DNA from: a virus | Lineage: Duplodnaviria; Heunggongvirae; Uroviricota; Caudoviricetes | Direction: 5' to 3' (one strand) | Length of the DNA stretch: 29,035 nt | Virus record (IMG/VR): IMGVR_UViG_2706794693_000005 | Made by a program: the position numbers and the translations under genes | In this document: positions 7,770 to 16,776 of the stretch, piece by piece | Position numbering within the stretch: the stretch's first letter is position 1 | How the letters are laid out: each line of letters opens with the position of its first letter | The notes under the pieces: model-generated | What the model was told of the DNA's origin: nothing | What the model saw: only the letters and a program-made list of their open reading frames with translations | Database searches by the model: none

Positions 7770-8694
7770 TGATTTTTGCGCCTTTATTCTGACTCACGGG
7801 CGACCGGACAAAGTTCTGACTTACCGGACGTTGCGTCGTGCTGGCTATACCGGGAAAATTTTTATCGTTGTTGATGATGAAGATAAGACACGGCATCAGT
7901 ACATGGCTGAATTTGGTGAACAGGTGCTGGTATTTTCCAAAGCCGATATTGCTAGTCGTTTTGACGAAGCCGATAATTTTAGTGACCGCCGCTCAATTTT
8001 TTACGCCCGTAATGCCTGTTTCGACCAGGCAAAACTGGTCGGGTGTAAATACTTCATTCAGCTCGATGATGATTATCACGAGTTCCAGTTTCGGGTGGAT
8101 CGCAACTATGACCAGGCCTATTTCCCGATAAGGAAACTGGATGAGATCCTTTCTGAAATGCTTGCGTACTACGAATCAATACCTGCTCTTTCCATCGCTA
8201 TGTCGCAGGGCGGGGATTTTCTTGGTGACAATGGCGGCCATGCTTCGTGGGTGAAACGCAAGGCAATGAACAGCTTTATCTGTTCGGTTGATCGACCGTT
8301 CTCATTCATGGGGCGCATTAACGAGGATGTGAATACGTACACGAATCTCGGTCGCTGTGGTGAATTGTTTATGACGATCGGTGCTGTCCAGTTAGGGCAG
8401 AAACAGACGCAGAAAAACAGCGGCGGAATGACCGAGCTGTATCTGGATTCCGGAACCTACGTTAAAAGTTTTTACTCCGTCATGTATGCGCCGTCGTGCG
8501 TAAAAATCTCACTTATGGGTGCCAGTCATAAACGCATTCACCATCAGGTCACCTGGAACAACGCTGCAGTAAAAATCCTTCACGAAAAATACAGGAAGAA
8601 GACACCCTGCATATCAATGGGGGTGACAAATGATTCCGTATTCGAAAGTCGAGTCTCTGGCAGCGTGCCGGATGACTGCACAACAAATCGCTGA
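7744..8694 (+). CDS. GT-A-fold glycosyltransferase-like protein (DxD motif), function unknown
   Basis: 316 aa, no TM segments. Order of motifs matches GT2-type enzymes: FCAFILTHGRPDK (compare IPTYNR), IFIVVDDEDK, then YFIQLDDDYHEF with DDD at residues 108-110. Start overlaps the ParB-like gene by 26 nt. Assignment is by motif inspection only. Confidence 0.5.
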   Translation: MAGRRNMRDDFCAFILTHGRPDKVLTYRTLRRAGYTGKIFIVVDDEDKTRHQYMAEFGEQVLVFSKADIASRFDEADNFSDRRSIFYARNACFDQAKLVGCKYFIQLDDDYHEFQFRVDRNYDQAYFPIRKLDEILSEMLAYYESIPALSIAMSQGGDFLGDNGGHASWVKRKAMNSFICSVDRPFSFMGRINEDVNTYTNLGRCGELFMTIGAVQLGQKQTQKNSGGMTELYLDSGTYVKSFYSVMYAPSCVKISLMGASHKRIHHQVTWNNAAVKILHEKYRKKTPCISMGVTNDSVFESRVSGSVPDDCTTNR

Positions 8695-8881
8695 CGTTCT
8701 GGATGTTGATCTGAACCGACTGAAAGAAAATCGGGAAGCAATGACAGATTTTTATGCGGCCATCCGTAAGGGCAGAGCGAAAGGTGAAGCCGAGTTACGA
8801 GCGGCATTGTTTAAGCTTGCCAGAAAAGGGGATGCCTTTGCTCTGCGCGAACTACTCAGGGTGGATAAAAATCAGGACTAA
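8630..8881 (+). CDS. small hypothetical protein (83 aa), possibly DNA-binding
   Basis: ATG at 8630 preceded by GGGGGTGA; overlaps the 3' end of the upstream gene by 65 nt and ends 3 nt before the terminase small subunit start. Basic, helical-looking sequence (RKGRAKGEAELRAALFKLARKGDAFALRELL). Confidence 0.4.
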   Translation: MIPYSKVESLAACRMTAQQIADVLDVDLNRLKENREAMTDFYAAIRKGRAKGEAELRAALFKLARKGDAFALRELLRVDKNQD

Positions 8882-8884
8882 CTG

Positions 8885-9979
8885 ATGAGCAGACCGGACT
8901 GGGGGGCGTTGCAGCAGGAGTATATTGCTGAATACACCCGCTCCGGTATATCTCCGGTGGCATGGTGTGAAGCAAGGGGACTGAATTACGCAACAGCCCG
9001 TCGTTACATCAAAAAAACTCCGAAAAATGCGCAGACAGAAATGTGCAAAACTGCGCAAAAAAGTGCGCAGAAAAAATCTGCGCAGACTGCACAAAAGCGG
9101 AACGAAAAATCTCAGGAAAAAAAGCCAGTATTCGATGCGGGCCTGAATGAGGGCGACGCGGAGGAATTTTCGTTCTGTCCCGATGAATTCGGCATTTCTG
9201 ACCAGCAGGCTAAGTTTGCGATGCTTGTTGCTCAGGGTAAAAAGCCGACAGAGGCGTACCGACTAGCCGGTTATGAGGGGCAAGGTGCGACAGCTAACAG
9301 CAACGCCAGTCGTATGCTTAGAAATGCCAGGGTTTTTCGCGCTATCAGCTACTTCCGCAATCAGTACCAGAAACGCTATACCGCAGACCTGGATTTACTA
9401 GTGAGTCAGTTGATGGCTATTGTCCTGGCCGACCCCAATCAGCTTGCACAATTTCGCCGTGTTAACTGCCGTTATTGCTGGGGCGAGAATCATCTCTACC
9501 AGTGGCGCGATATAGCAGAATTCGACAAGGCAGCGGCGCAGGCTTCCAGAGATGGCAAACCCGAACCGGAATATGGAGGCCTCGGCTTTGTTGATAACGC
9601 CATACCCAATCCGGACTGCCCGAAGTGCTGCGGTGAGGGAACGGGACAGCTTTATATGGCTGATACCACTCTGCTTGATGGGGATGCGCGGCAATTATAT
9701 GCAGGGGCAAAATTCGGAAAATTCGGCGTTGAGATCCTGCTGGAGGATAAGGCTGCCGCCCGGCGTGAATTGTTGCGTTTGTTTTCTGCTGGCGGGGCTT
9801 TATGTGCAGATAAGCGGCTACGGGAACTGGAAATTGAACGGCGCAGAATGGAAAACCAGAAGCTGCGCAAAGAGATCGAAACGGTGGAAGATAATGAACA
9901 TCCCCAGCCTGTGGCGATCAATATTAATGTGGTTGATGCCAGAGTAAGGAGTGATGAAGATGATCTCTCCGACGCTTAA
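8885..9979 (+). CDS. terminase small subunit with N-terminal HTH, Lys-rich linker and Cys-rich C-terminal extension
   Basis: 364 aa immediately upstream of and overlapping the large terminase. Residues ~95-160 (SDQQAKFAMLVAQGKKPTEAYRLAGYEGQGATANSNASRMLRNARVFRAI) resemble the Terminase_2-type small-subunit core. N-terminal HTH-like segment; CRYCWG...CPKCCG zinc-ribbon-like pairs. Confidence 0.6.
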   Translation: MSRPDWGALQQEYIAEYTRSGISPVAWCEARGLNYATARRYIKKTPKNAQTEMCKTAQKSAQKKSAQTAQKRNEKSQEKKPVFDAGLNEGDAEEFSFCPDEFGISDQQAKFAMLVAQGKKPTEAYRLAGYEGQGATANSNASRMLRNARVFRAISYFRNQYQKRYTADLDLLVSQLMAIVLADPNQLAQFRRVNCRYCWGENHLYQWRDIAEFDKAAAQASRDGKPEPEYGGLGFVDNAIPNPDCPKCCGEGTGQLYMADTTLLDGDARQLYAGAKFGKFGVEILLEDKAAARRELLRLFSAGGALCADKRLRELEIERRRMENQKLRKEIETVEDNEHPQPVAININVVDARVRSDEDDLSDA

Positions 9980-11261
9980 TGTGCCTCAGGCGCGATTTCT
10001 TTCAATGCCCCATAAATTTAAAGCCTATATTGCTGGTTTTGGCTCGGGCAAAACATGGGTTGGGTGTGGCGGCATATGCAAGGGGATTTGGGAGCATCCA
10101 GGTATAAATCAGGGATATTTTGCGCCAACGTATCCCCAAATTCGCGATATTTTTTACCCTACAGTGGAAGAAGTTGCTGCTGACTGGGGATTGAACGTAA
10201 AAATTAATGAGGGAAATAAAGAGGTTCACTTTTATTACGGACGCCAGTATCGGGGAACCACTATCTGCAGATCGATGGAGAAGCCACAAACGATCGTCGG
10301 TTTCAAAATTGGTAATGCGTTGGTGGATGAACTGGACATTTTGCCGAAGGAAAAAGCCAGAACGGCGTGGCGCAAGATAATTGCACGTATGCGTTATAAG
10401 ATTGATGGACTTCGCAACGGTATTGACGTTACAACCACGCCGGAAGGATTCAAATTTGTCTACGAGCAGTTTGTTAAAGCCGTGCGTGAAAAAACAGAGC
10501 TGGCCTCACTGTATGGTCTGGTGCAGGCATCTACTTTCGATAATGAAAAGAACCTGCCAGCAGATTACATTCCTTCGCTTCTTGAATCATACCCTCCAGA
10601 GCTGATTAAAGCCTATCTTCGAGGACAGTTTACTAACCTGACAAGTGGTACTGTTTACCATCAGTTTGACCGGAAACTGAATAATTGCGAAGAAGTGGAG
10701 CAGCCAGGGGAGCCGATTTATATTGGGATGGATTTTAACGTTGGAAAGATGGCGGGAATCGTCCATGTGCTGCGTTTGGGGCTTCCATGTGCGGTAACTG
10801 AAATCATCAATGCCTACGATACGCCGGATATGATCCGCATCATTAAAGAACGCTTCTGGCTGTATGATGGGAATGATTACCGGAAAGTGAGGGAAATTTA
10901 TATTTATCCAGATGCTTCCGGGGATTCCAGAAAATCAAGTAACGCAAGTACGACGGATATAGCCCAGCTTAAGCAGGCTGGTTTTAACGTTGTGGTGAAC
11001 AGCTCGAACCCGCCAGTAAAAGATCGCGTTAACTCAATGAATGCAATGTTCTGCAATGCCAATGGTGAGCGTCGCTATAAAGTTAATGTGAAGCGTTGCC
11101 CGTTATATGCCGAATCTCTGGAGCAACAGGTCTGGGATGAGAAGGGGGAGCCTGATAAAAAATCTGGCAATGATCACCCGAATGATGCCGGAGGTTATTT
11201 CATCGTTAAGCAATTCCCTATTGTCAAACCGACCGGAAGAGTCACATCACTTCGGATTTAA
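9960..11261 (+). CDS. terminase large subunit (ATPase/nuclease)
   Basis: Walker A GFGSGKTWVG near the N-terminus and Walker B-like ALVDELD about 100 residues later. AGGAG SD at 9947-9951 favours the ATG at 9960 over the track GTG at 9951. Followed directly by the portal gene. Confidence 0.8.
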   Translation: MISPTLNVPQARFLSMPHKFKAYIAGFGSGKTWVGCGGICKGIWEHPGINQGYFAPTYPQIRDIFYPTVEEVAADWGLNVKINEGNKEVHFYYGRQYRGTTICRSMEKPQTIVGFKIGNALVDELDILPKEKARTAWRKIIARMRYKIDGLRNGIDVTTTPEGFKFVYEQFVKAVREKTELASLYGLVQASTFDNEKNLPADYIPSLLESYPPELIKAYLRGQFTNLTSGTVYHQFDRKLNNCEEVEQPGEPIYIGMDFNVGKMAGIVHVLRLGLPCAVTEIINAYDTPDMIRIIKERFWLYDGNDYRKVREIYIYPDASGDSRKSSNASTTDIAQLKQAGFNVVVNSSNPPVKDRVNSMNAMFCNANGERRYKVNVKRCPLYAESLEQQVWDEKGEPDKKSGNDHPNDAGGYFIVKQFPIVKPTGRVTSLRI

Positions 11262-11263
11262 TT

Positions 11264-12572
11264 ATGGCTGATATATCAACACCCAACCTCGACTATAACG
11301 ATATGCTGGAGGCGTGGGATATTAACGACGCACTGATGGGCGGTACGCTTGAAATGCGCAGGCAGGGGGAAAATTATCTCCCAAAATGGCCTAACGAAGA
11401 TGAAGACGCTTATAAAAAACGCCTGTCTGTGGCTACGCTACTTCCTGTGTATGAAGAAAGCATCAAGCAAAATATTGGGCGCATATTTGCAGAGCCGACA
11501 GTATTGAGTGAGGAAACGCCGGCAAAAATCAGGGAATATGNNNNNNNNNNNNNNNNNNNNNNNNNNNNNNNNNNNNNNNNNNNNNNNNNNNNNNNNNNNN
11601 NNNNNNNNNNNNNNNNNNNNNNNNNNNNNNNNNNNNNNNNNNNNNNNNNNNNNNNNNNNNNNNNNNNNNNNNNNNNNNNNNNNNNNNNNNNTAAAAGAGG
11701 TCATCATTATTGATGGTGATGATTTCGGGCAGAAGAAGGTGGAGCAGATCCGCCATATTATGCCCCGTCGAGTTGAAATTTATCGACGTAGCGAAGGCAC
11801 TAATGGCGAATCTGTCTGGACGCTTCATGAGTCATGGAATACCAGCCGTGATGATATTCCTCTGGTAACACTGTACACGAAGAAAACAGGATTTATGCGT
11901 GGTACACCGCCATTGCTTAATCTTGGCTTGCTGAATATCAAGCACTGGCAAAGCCAGAGCGAGCAGGACAATATTCTTCATGTTGCCCGCGTTCCATTGC
12001 TGGTGGCCTACGGGCTGGACAGGAATGAAGAACTGACGGTTGGTGCATCCACCGCTACGATTTTTGAGGACAGAACAAAAAATGGCCTCGAATATGTTGA
12101 ACATAGTGGCGCAGCGATAGAATCTGGCGAAACATCACTTGAGAAGCTGGAAAATCAGATGCGTCATGCCGGCGCTAAACTTCTGCGTGCTGAAAATACA
12201 TCCACCAAATCTGTTGATCAGACTAATGAAGAGCGAATGCAGGAAAACTCGCCGCTTTATACAATGGCGAACTCCCTCGAAGATGCCCTCGATAATATTC
12301 TCCAGATAATGGCGGAATGGATCGGAGAGAGTTGCGGTGGCAATGTGGATGTGCGCACTGAACTGGATGTATCTGCCCAGGTGTTTGACTCATCCTCCGC
12401 GCTGGCTGTTCAGTCATTGCGTCAGGGCGGTGATATACGTCAGATTGATGCGGTTCGGGTGTTGCAGGCGTTGAAATTTATCGATCAGGATTCCCGTCCA
12501 GAGGAAGTGATCGATGAATTAAAAAATCAGAGTGTAATGCTGATGGAAATCAATGATGCAAACCGTGAATGA
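11264..12572 (+). CDS. portal protein (interrupted by N block 11541-11691)
   Basis: Positioned between large terminase and the Mu-F-like head morphogenesis gene. The two visible parts are in different frames across the mask, so the mask evidently does not preserve original length. Assignment by gene order and size only. Confidence 0.55.
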
Positions 12573-13668
12573 ACGGCTGCGTGATGAATCAATTGCTCAT
12601 GCAGTCTGGATATCCCGCTATAGCACTGGCGTGGCTGCCAGAATGGTGAAAATACTGAATGACAGCGATGCGGAACTTACTGCTCGCCTGCTGATAGCAC
12701 TGGACAGCCTCGATCCAGGTAGTTTTACCGTTAAGCGCCTGGAGTCACTTCTGGCGAGCGTCAGAGAGGTTAACCGCACTGCTATTAACAGCATGTTTAC
12801 CAGTCTCTCCGGAGAGCTGAACGAGCTGGCAATTTATGAGGCTGGTTATCAGTTAAGTCTGTTTGATTCTATGCTACCTGATTTTGTTGCTGATGTTCAC
12901 CCTCTGGTTGGTATCTCTCCTGATGCACTTTATGCCGCTGCAATGGCGCGACCATTCCAGGGACGACTGCTCAGTGAGTGGGCCTCAGATCTTGAGGCGG
13001 ATCGGCTCAGACGCATAACAAATACAGTGCGTCAGGGTTTTTTGCTGGGGGATACCAATGAGCAGATCGCAAGAAAAATTCGGGGACATGTCAGTAAGGG
13101 ATTTCAGGATGGTGCATTGCAGATGAGCCGGGCTAATGCGGCCAGCATTGCAAAAACAGCGGTTGGACATCTTGCTGCTACTGCCCGTGAGAGTTTTGCC
13201 AGCGCGAATAATGATTTGATTAAGGGTAAGCAATGGTTATCAACGCTTGATAATCGTACTACGCCACAATGTCGAATCAGGGATCGCCTCAAATATACGC
13301 TGAATAATAAACCTGTAGGTCACAGCGTGCCTTATTTGCAGGGGCCGGGAAAAATTCATTTCTGCTGCCGCTCAACGGAAACGTTCATTCTGAAATCAGC
13401 GAAGGAACTGGGTATTGATGTTCGCGATATTTCCCCGGCTGAGCGGGCCAGCATGGATGGCGTGGTGGCCGGAGATACAACCTACAGGGAATGGTTTTTG
13501 CGTCAGCCTTACACCAGACAAAAACAGATTGTGGGGGAAAGCCGAGCAAAGCTGATTCGGGATGGTGGTATGTCGCCAGATGAATTTTACACCGATAAAG
13601 GCGAATGGCTGACGCTGAAGCAGCTCCGTGAGCGTGATGCACAGGTATTCAGAAAAGCAGGGATTTAA
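12553..13668 (+). CDS. head morphogenesis protein (Mu gpF / SPP1 gp7-like minor head protein)
   Basis: 371 aa following the portal; contains the WLSTLDNRTTPQCRIRDR segment resembling the conserved Mu F-domain motif. Confidence 0.7.
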   Translation: MMQTVNERLRDESIAHAVWISRYSTGVAARMVKILNDSDAELTARLLIALDSLDPGSFTVKRLESLLASVREVNRTAINSMFTSLSGELNELAIYEAGYQLSLFDSMLPDFVADVHPLVGISPDALYAAAMARPFQGRLLSEWASDLEADRLRRITNTVRQGFLLGDTNEQIARKIRGHVSKGFQDGALQMSRANAASIAKTAVGHLAATARESFASANNDLIKGKQWLSTLDNRTTPQCRIRDRLKYTLNNKPVGHSVPYLQGPGKIHFCCRSTETFILKSAKELGIDVRDISPAERASMDGVVAGDTTYREWFLRQPYTRQKQIVGESRAKLIRDGGMSPDEFYTDKGEWLTLKQLRERDAQVFRKAGI

Positions 13669-13687
13669 ATAAATCATTTATTACAAC

Positions 13688-13712
13688 AGGCTACCTTCGG
13701 GTGGCCTTTTTT
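13688..13712 (+). terminator. stem-loop with UUCG tetraloop plus U-run (intra-operon attenuator/terminator-like)
   Basis: aggctacc-ttcg-ggtggcct followed by TTTTTT; lies between the head morphogenesis stop (13668) and the scaffold gene. Confidence 0.4.
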
Positions 13713-13772
13713 ATTGCTGCGATCCGGATGGTGAGCAGCGTAACTGTCGGAAGACTTAAACCAGGTACTAAT

Positions 13773-14537
13773 ATGAAACTGAAAACGGTCGAGATTAACG
13801 GAAAACAATACGCAGAAATTGATACTGCTGGCCTGCCAGTTTATGTGCACGACGATGGTAAAGAAATTGGCTTCGATGCACCGCTGGCGACAAAAAAAAT
13901 TACAGAGCTTAATGGCGAGGCAAAAAATCATCGCCTGGCTAAAGAAGCTGCAGAGGAAAAACTGGCTAAGTTTGCCGCTATCGAAGACCCGAAGAAGGCG
14001 ATCGAGGCACTGGAAATGCTGTCAAAAATCGACCAGAAAAAGCTGCTCGATGCGGGACAGGTTGACCAGGTTAAGGCAGAAATTACGAAAAATTTTCAGC
14101 AGCAATTAGATGAAGAAAAGCAACGCTCTCAGATGCTGGAGAAGCAGCTTTACGATTCTATGATTGGCGGTAGTTTTGCGGGTTCAAAATATATTGCCGA
14201 TAAAATTGCGATCCCGGCAGATTTATTACAAGCCCGCTTCGGGCAGGCATTCAAAGTGGAAGAAGGGAGGATCGTTGCTTATGACGCTTCCGGCAACAAA
14301 ATTTATTCCCGCGCGAAGCCTGGCGAACTGGCGCAGTTTGATGAGGCGCTGGAGTTCCTTGTCGAAAATTACCCTCAGAAAGACTACATCCTGAAAGCCA
14401 GTGGCAACAATGGCGGCGGCTCCCGTCCGACACAGCATGATATTGGTCAGAAAACGATGAAACGCTCTGCTTTTGATGCACTGGATGTTGCAGGTAAGCA
14501 AAACGCATTGAAAGACGGTATCACAATCGTTGATTAA
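13773..14537 (+). CDS. scaffolding protein (putative)
   Basis: Highly charged, coiled-coil-like sequence (EEKLAKFAAIEDPKKAIEALEMLSKIDQKKLLDAGQVDQVKAEITKNFQQQLDEEKQRSQMLEKQL) immediately upstream of the capsid gene. The ATG at 13773 is preferred because the GTG at 13701 lies inside the upstream hairpin; start is uncertain. Confidence 0.5.
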   Translation: MKLKTVEINGKQYAEIDTAGLPVYVHDDGKEIGFDAPLATKKITELNGEAKNHRLAKEAAEEKLAKFAAIEDPKKAIEALEMLSKIDQKKLLDAGQVDQVKAEITKNFQQQLDEEKQRSQMLEKQLYDSMIGGSFAGSKYIADKIAIPADLLQARFGQAFKVEEGRIVAYDASGNKIYSRAKPGELAQFDEALEFLVENYPQKDYILKASGNNGGGSRPTQHDIGQKTMKRSAFDALDVAGKQNALKDGITIVD

Positions 14538-14635
14538 CACATTTGTCAGCTTCCGGATGGGAGCTGGTGTCAGGGCTGGATAGCTCATTACTCCATCTAT
14601 TCACAATTACGCAAATTTTTAAGGAATATTTAATT

Positions 14636-15775
14636 ATGGCTGGAAATACCCTGACCGGGTTGATCCCGACTATTTATACCGCCCTGGATGTTGTATCCCG
14701 TGAGCAGGTAGGTTTTATCCCTGCGGTAGCAAAAAACGCAAAAGCTGACGCCGCAGCAAAAGATCAGACGGTAACCGCGCCAGTTGCGCCTGAGGCGAAA
14801 ACCGAAGATATCGTACCGGGGCCGTCAGCTCCGAATACCGGTGATCAAAATATTGGCACTGTTGATGTAAAAATTACTAAATCCAAAATGGCACCGGTTA
14901 AATGGAATGGTGAAGAACAACTGGCTCTTGGCCCTTCAGGGACTTACAACACCATTCTGGCTGATCAGTTCAAGCAGGCTTTTCGCGCCCTTGCAAACGA
15001 GGTTGAGGCTGATCTTGGTGCGTTGTATTTCGGTGCTTCCCGCGCCGTGGGAACCGCAGGGACAACGCCGTTTGGTGTTAAAGATGATCTTTCTGATGCT
15101 GCTCTGGCTCGTCAGGTTCTGGAGGATAACGGCGCACCGACAACCGATCTGCAGATGGTGCTTGGCTCCACTGCCATTGCTAATTTGCGCGGAAAACAGT
15201 CTGTATTGTTTAAAGTGAATGAATCCGGCACTGAACAGCTACTGCGTGAGGGCGTGTTGGGGCGTCTGGAGGGATTCAATATTCACAGTTCGGCAGGTGT
15301 GAAACGAGCGCCAAAGGTTGCTGCAACTGGTTATCTCGTGAATGGAGAGAAAAAAGAAGGCGATGTTCTTATTTCCATTGATACTGGTTCGGGGAGTATT
15401 TCTGCAGGTCAGATTGTTACGTTCGCTGGTGATCCGAATCAGTATGTTGTGGCAGCAGCGACCAGCAATCTGATTACTCTTGCAGCGCCCGGACTGCGTC
15501 AGGATCTGGCCGATGATACTGCCATCACAGTTGTTGGGGCCTTTACTGCAAATATGGCGTTTGATCGCAACGCGTTTCTGCTGGCATCCCGTACTCCGGC
15601 AATGCCGGAAGGTGGCGATAATGCTGATGATGTAATGAATGTTACGGACCCGATTTCAGGGATTACGTTCCAGATTGCACTGTATCGTCAGTATCGCCAG
15701 GTGCGCTATGAAGTTGGACTGGCATGGGGTGTTTCATCAGTGAAGCCGGCACATGGTTGTCTGATTCTTGGTTAA
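14636..15775 (+). CDS. major capsid protein (putative)
   Basis: 379 aa from the ATG at 14636 with an AAGGA SD 10 nt upstream. Follows the scaffold gene and is followed by a hairpin, typical of a highly expressed capsid gene. The track start at 14543 is a TTG extension. Confidence 0.6.
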   Translation: MAGNTLTGLIPTIYTALDVVSREQVGFIPAVAKNAKADAAAKDQTVTAPVAPEAKTEDIVPGPSAPNTGDQNIGTVDVKITKSKMAPVKWNGEEQLALGPSGTYNTILADQFKQAFRALANEVEADLGALYFGASRAVGTAGTTPFGVKDDLSDAALARQVLEDNGAPTTDLQMVLGSTAIANLRGKQSVLFKVNESGTEQLLREGVLGRLEGFNIHSSAGVKRAPKVAATGYLVNGEKKEGDVLISIDTGSGSISAGQIVTFAGDPNQYVVAAATSNLITLAAPGLRQDLADDTAITVVGAFTANMAFDRNAFLLASRTPAMPEGGDNADDVMNVTDPISGITFQIALYRQYRQVRYEVGLAWGVSSVKPAHGCLILG

Positions 15776-15785
15776 ACATTCAAAC

Positions 15786-15805
15786 GGGGCTTCGGCCCCA
15801 TTTTT
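15786..15805 (+). terminator. stem-loop with UUCG tetraloop plus U-run downstream of capsid gene
   Basis: ggggc-ttcg-gcccc followed by aTTTTT, 11 nt after the capsid stop. Confidence 0.45.
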
Positions 15806-15817
15806 AATGGGGGGCAT

Positions 15818-15994
15818 ATGGCCGGATTAACTAAAGAGCAAAGAGCACAGCGTGAAGCCGCACAAAAAACGCAAATTGAGTTAGTGGTTATGGTGACCGA
15901 TTATCAGATGTTTCCCGGCGCACCAACTATCGCTAATGTTCATCCTGATGAAGTTGACAACTGGAAGGCTATGGGCTGGAAAACTCAGGAGTAA
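15818..15994 (+). CDS. small hypothetical protein (58 aa), absent from the ORF track
   Basis: ATG at 15818 after a GGGGG run, 58 codons (MAGLTKEQRAQREAAQKTQIELVVMVTDYQMFPGAPTIANVHPDEVDNWKAMGWKTQE), TAA at 15992-15994. Fills the gap between the capsid and connector genes exactly; below the apparent 60-aa track cutoff. Confidence 0.35.
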   Translation: MAGLTKEQRAQREAAQKTQIELVVMVTDYQMFPGAPTIANVHPDEVDNWKAMGWKTQE

Positions 15995-15997
15995 CAC

Positions 15998-16393
15998 ATG
16001 ATCACTTACGTGACCTGTGATGACGTTGATAATGCGTTTGGGAACGCCTGGACGAGTGAGAACGCTAAAAATAAAGCTGTTTTAATGGCTAATGCCTGGC
16101 TTAATGGCTTCAACCTGAAAATTAACCCATCCCGTATTCCGGAAGAGGTAAAACTTGCGGGAGCATATGCAGCCAGAATTGCCTCATTCGGTAAGTTGTT
16201 TCAGCAGAAAAATGATTCTGGCGTTGTTATCAGTAAAGCCGTGTCGGCTGACGGGGTCAGTGTATCGAAATCATTTTCTGAGTTGCCAGCAAACAGCACT
16301 GCATTGCTTGAACCCGATTTACAGCTTGCGATAGCACTGCTGAAACCGTACGGACTTAGTCGCTCACAAGTCAGGGTTGTGAGGGGGGGATAA
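15998..16393 (+). CDS. head-tail connector / DNA-packaging protein (putative)
   Basis: 131 aa, AGGAG SD, first of four tightly coupled small genes between capsid and major tail. Assignment by position. Confidence 0.45.
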   Translation: MITYVTCDDVDNAFGNAWTSENAKNKAVLMANAWLNGFNLKINPSRIPEEVKLAGAYAARIASFGKLFQQKNDSGVVISKAVSADGVSVSKSFSELPANSTALLEPDLQLAIALLKPYGLSRSQVRVVRGG

Positions 16394-16776
16394 TGGGGCT
16401 TCGTGAAGAGATTCAGTCAGAGGTTGCCGCTGCTTTTGATGAGGATTTAGCGGACGCCGTGAGTGATTTTTCTGGTTCTTACGTTACGCACCGGCACTGG
16501 GATCCTGTGACGGAAACTGGCGGCGAATCAACCGCAATCTATACCGGGCGAGGCGTGTTGACACGTTATAAGCTGGGCAGAATTGATGGGATTAATATTT
16601 TGCATGGTGACCTTAAATTAACCGCTCTGGTATGCGAGGTTACGGATAAACCAGCTGTCGACCATATTATTGAGATTTATGATCCTGTATCAAGGCAGTT
16701 ACAACGATACGAGGTAATTACAGCAAGTGTAGATCCTTCCGCATCAGTTTACTCTATCCAGTTAAGGAGAGCGTAA
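16393..16776 (+). CDS. head closure / head-tail adaptor protein (putative)
   Basis: 127 aa, start overlaps upstream stop (TAATG); position in the head-tail joining module. Confidence 0.45.
   Translation: MGLREEIQSEVAAAFDEDLADAVSDFSGSYVTHRHWDPVTETGGESTAIYTGRGVLTRYKLGRIDGINILHGDLKLTALVCEVTDKPAVDHIIEIYDPVSRQLQRYEVITASVDPSASVYSIQLRRA

Noticed and set aside
8630-8881. The 83-aa ORF as the true terminase small subunit
   Set aside because: The recognisable small-subunit-like core motif is in the following 364-aa gene; the 83-aa product is kept as a hypothetical protein, though a role in DNA recognition is not excluded.
9028-9093. Possible CRISPR array (short repeats in terS)
   Set aside because: Repeats are 6 nt with 9-15 nt spacing inside a coding region, far too short and irregular for CRISPR; no leader or cas genes. 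Retained only as a possible pac site.
14543-14635. N-terminal extension of the capsid gene from the TTG at 14543
   Set aside because: TTG start with no SD, whereas the ATG at 14636 has an AAGGA SD at ideal spacing; the extension begins 6 nt after the scaffold stop, which would leave no room for initiation signals.
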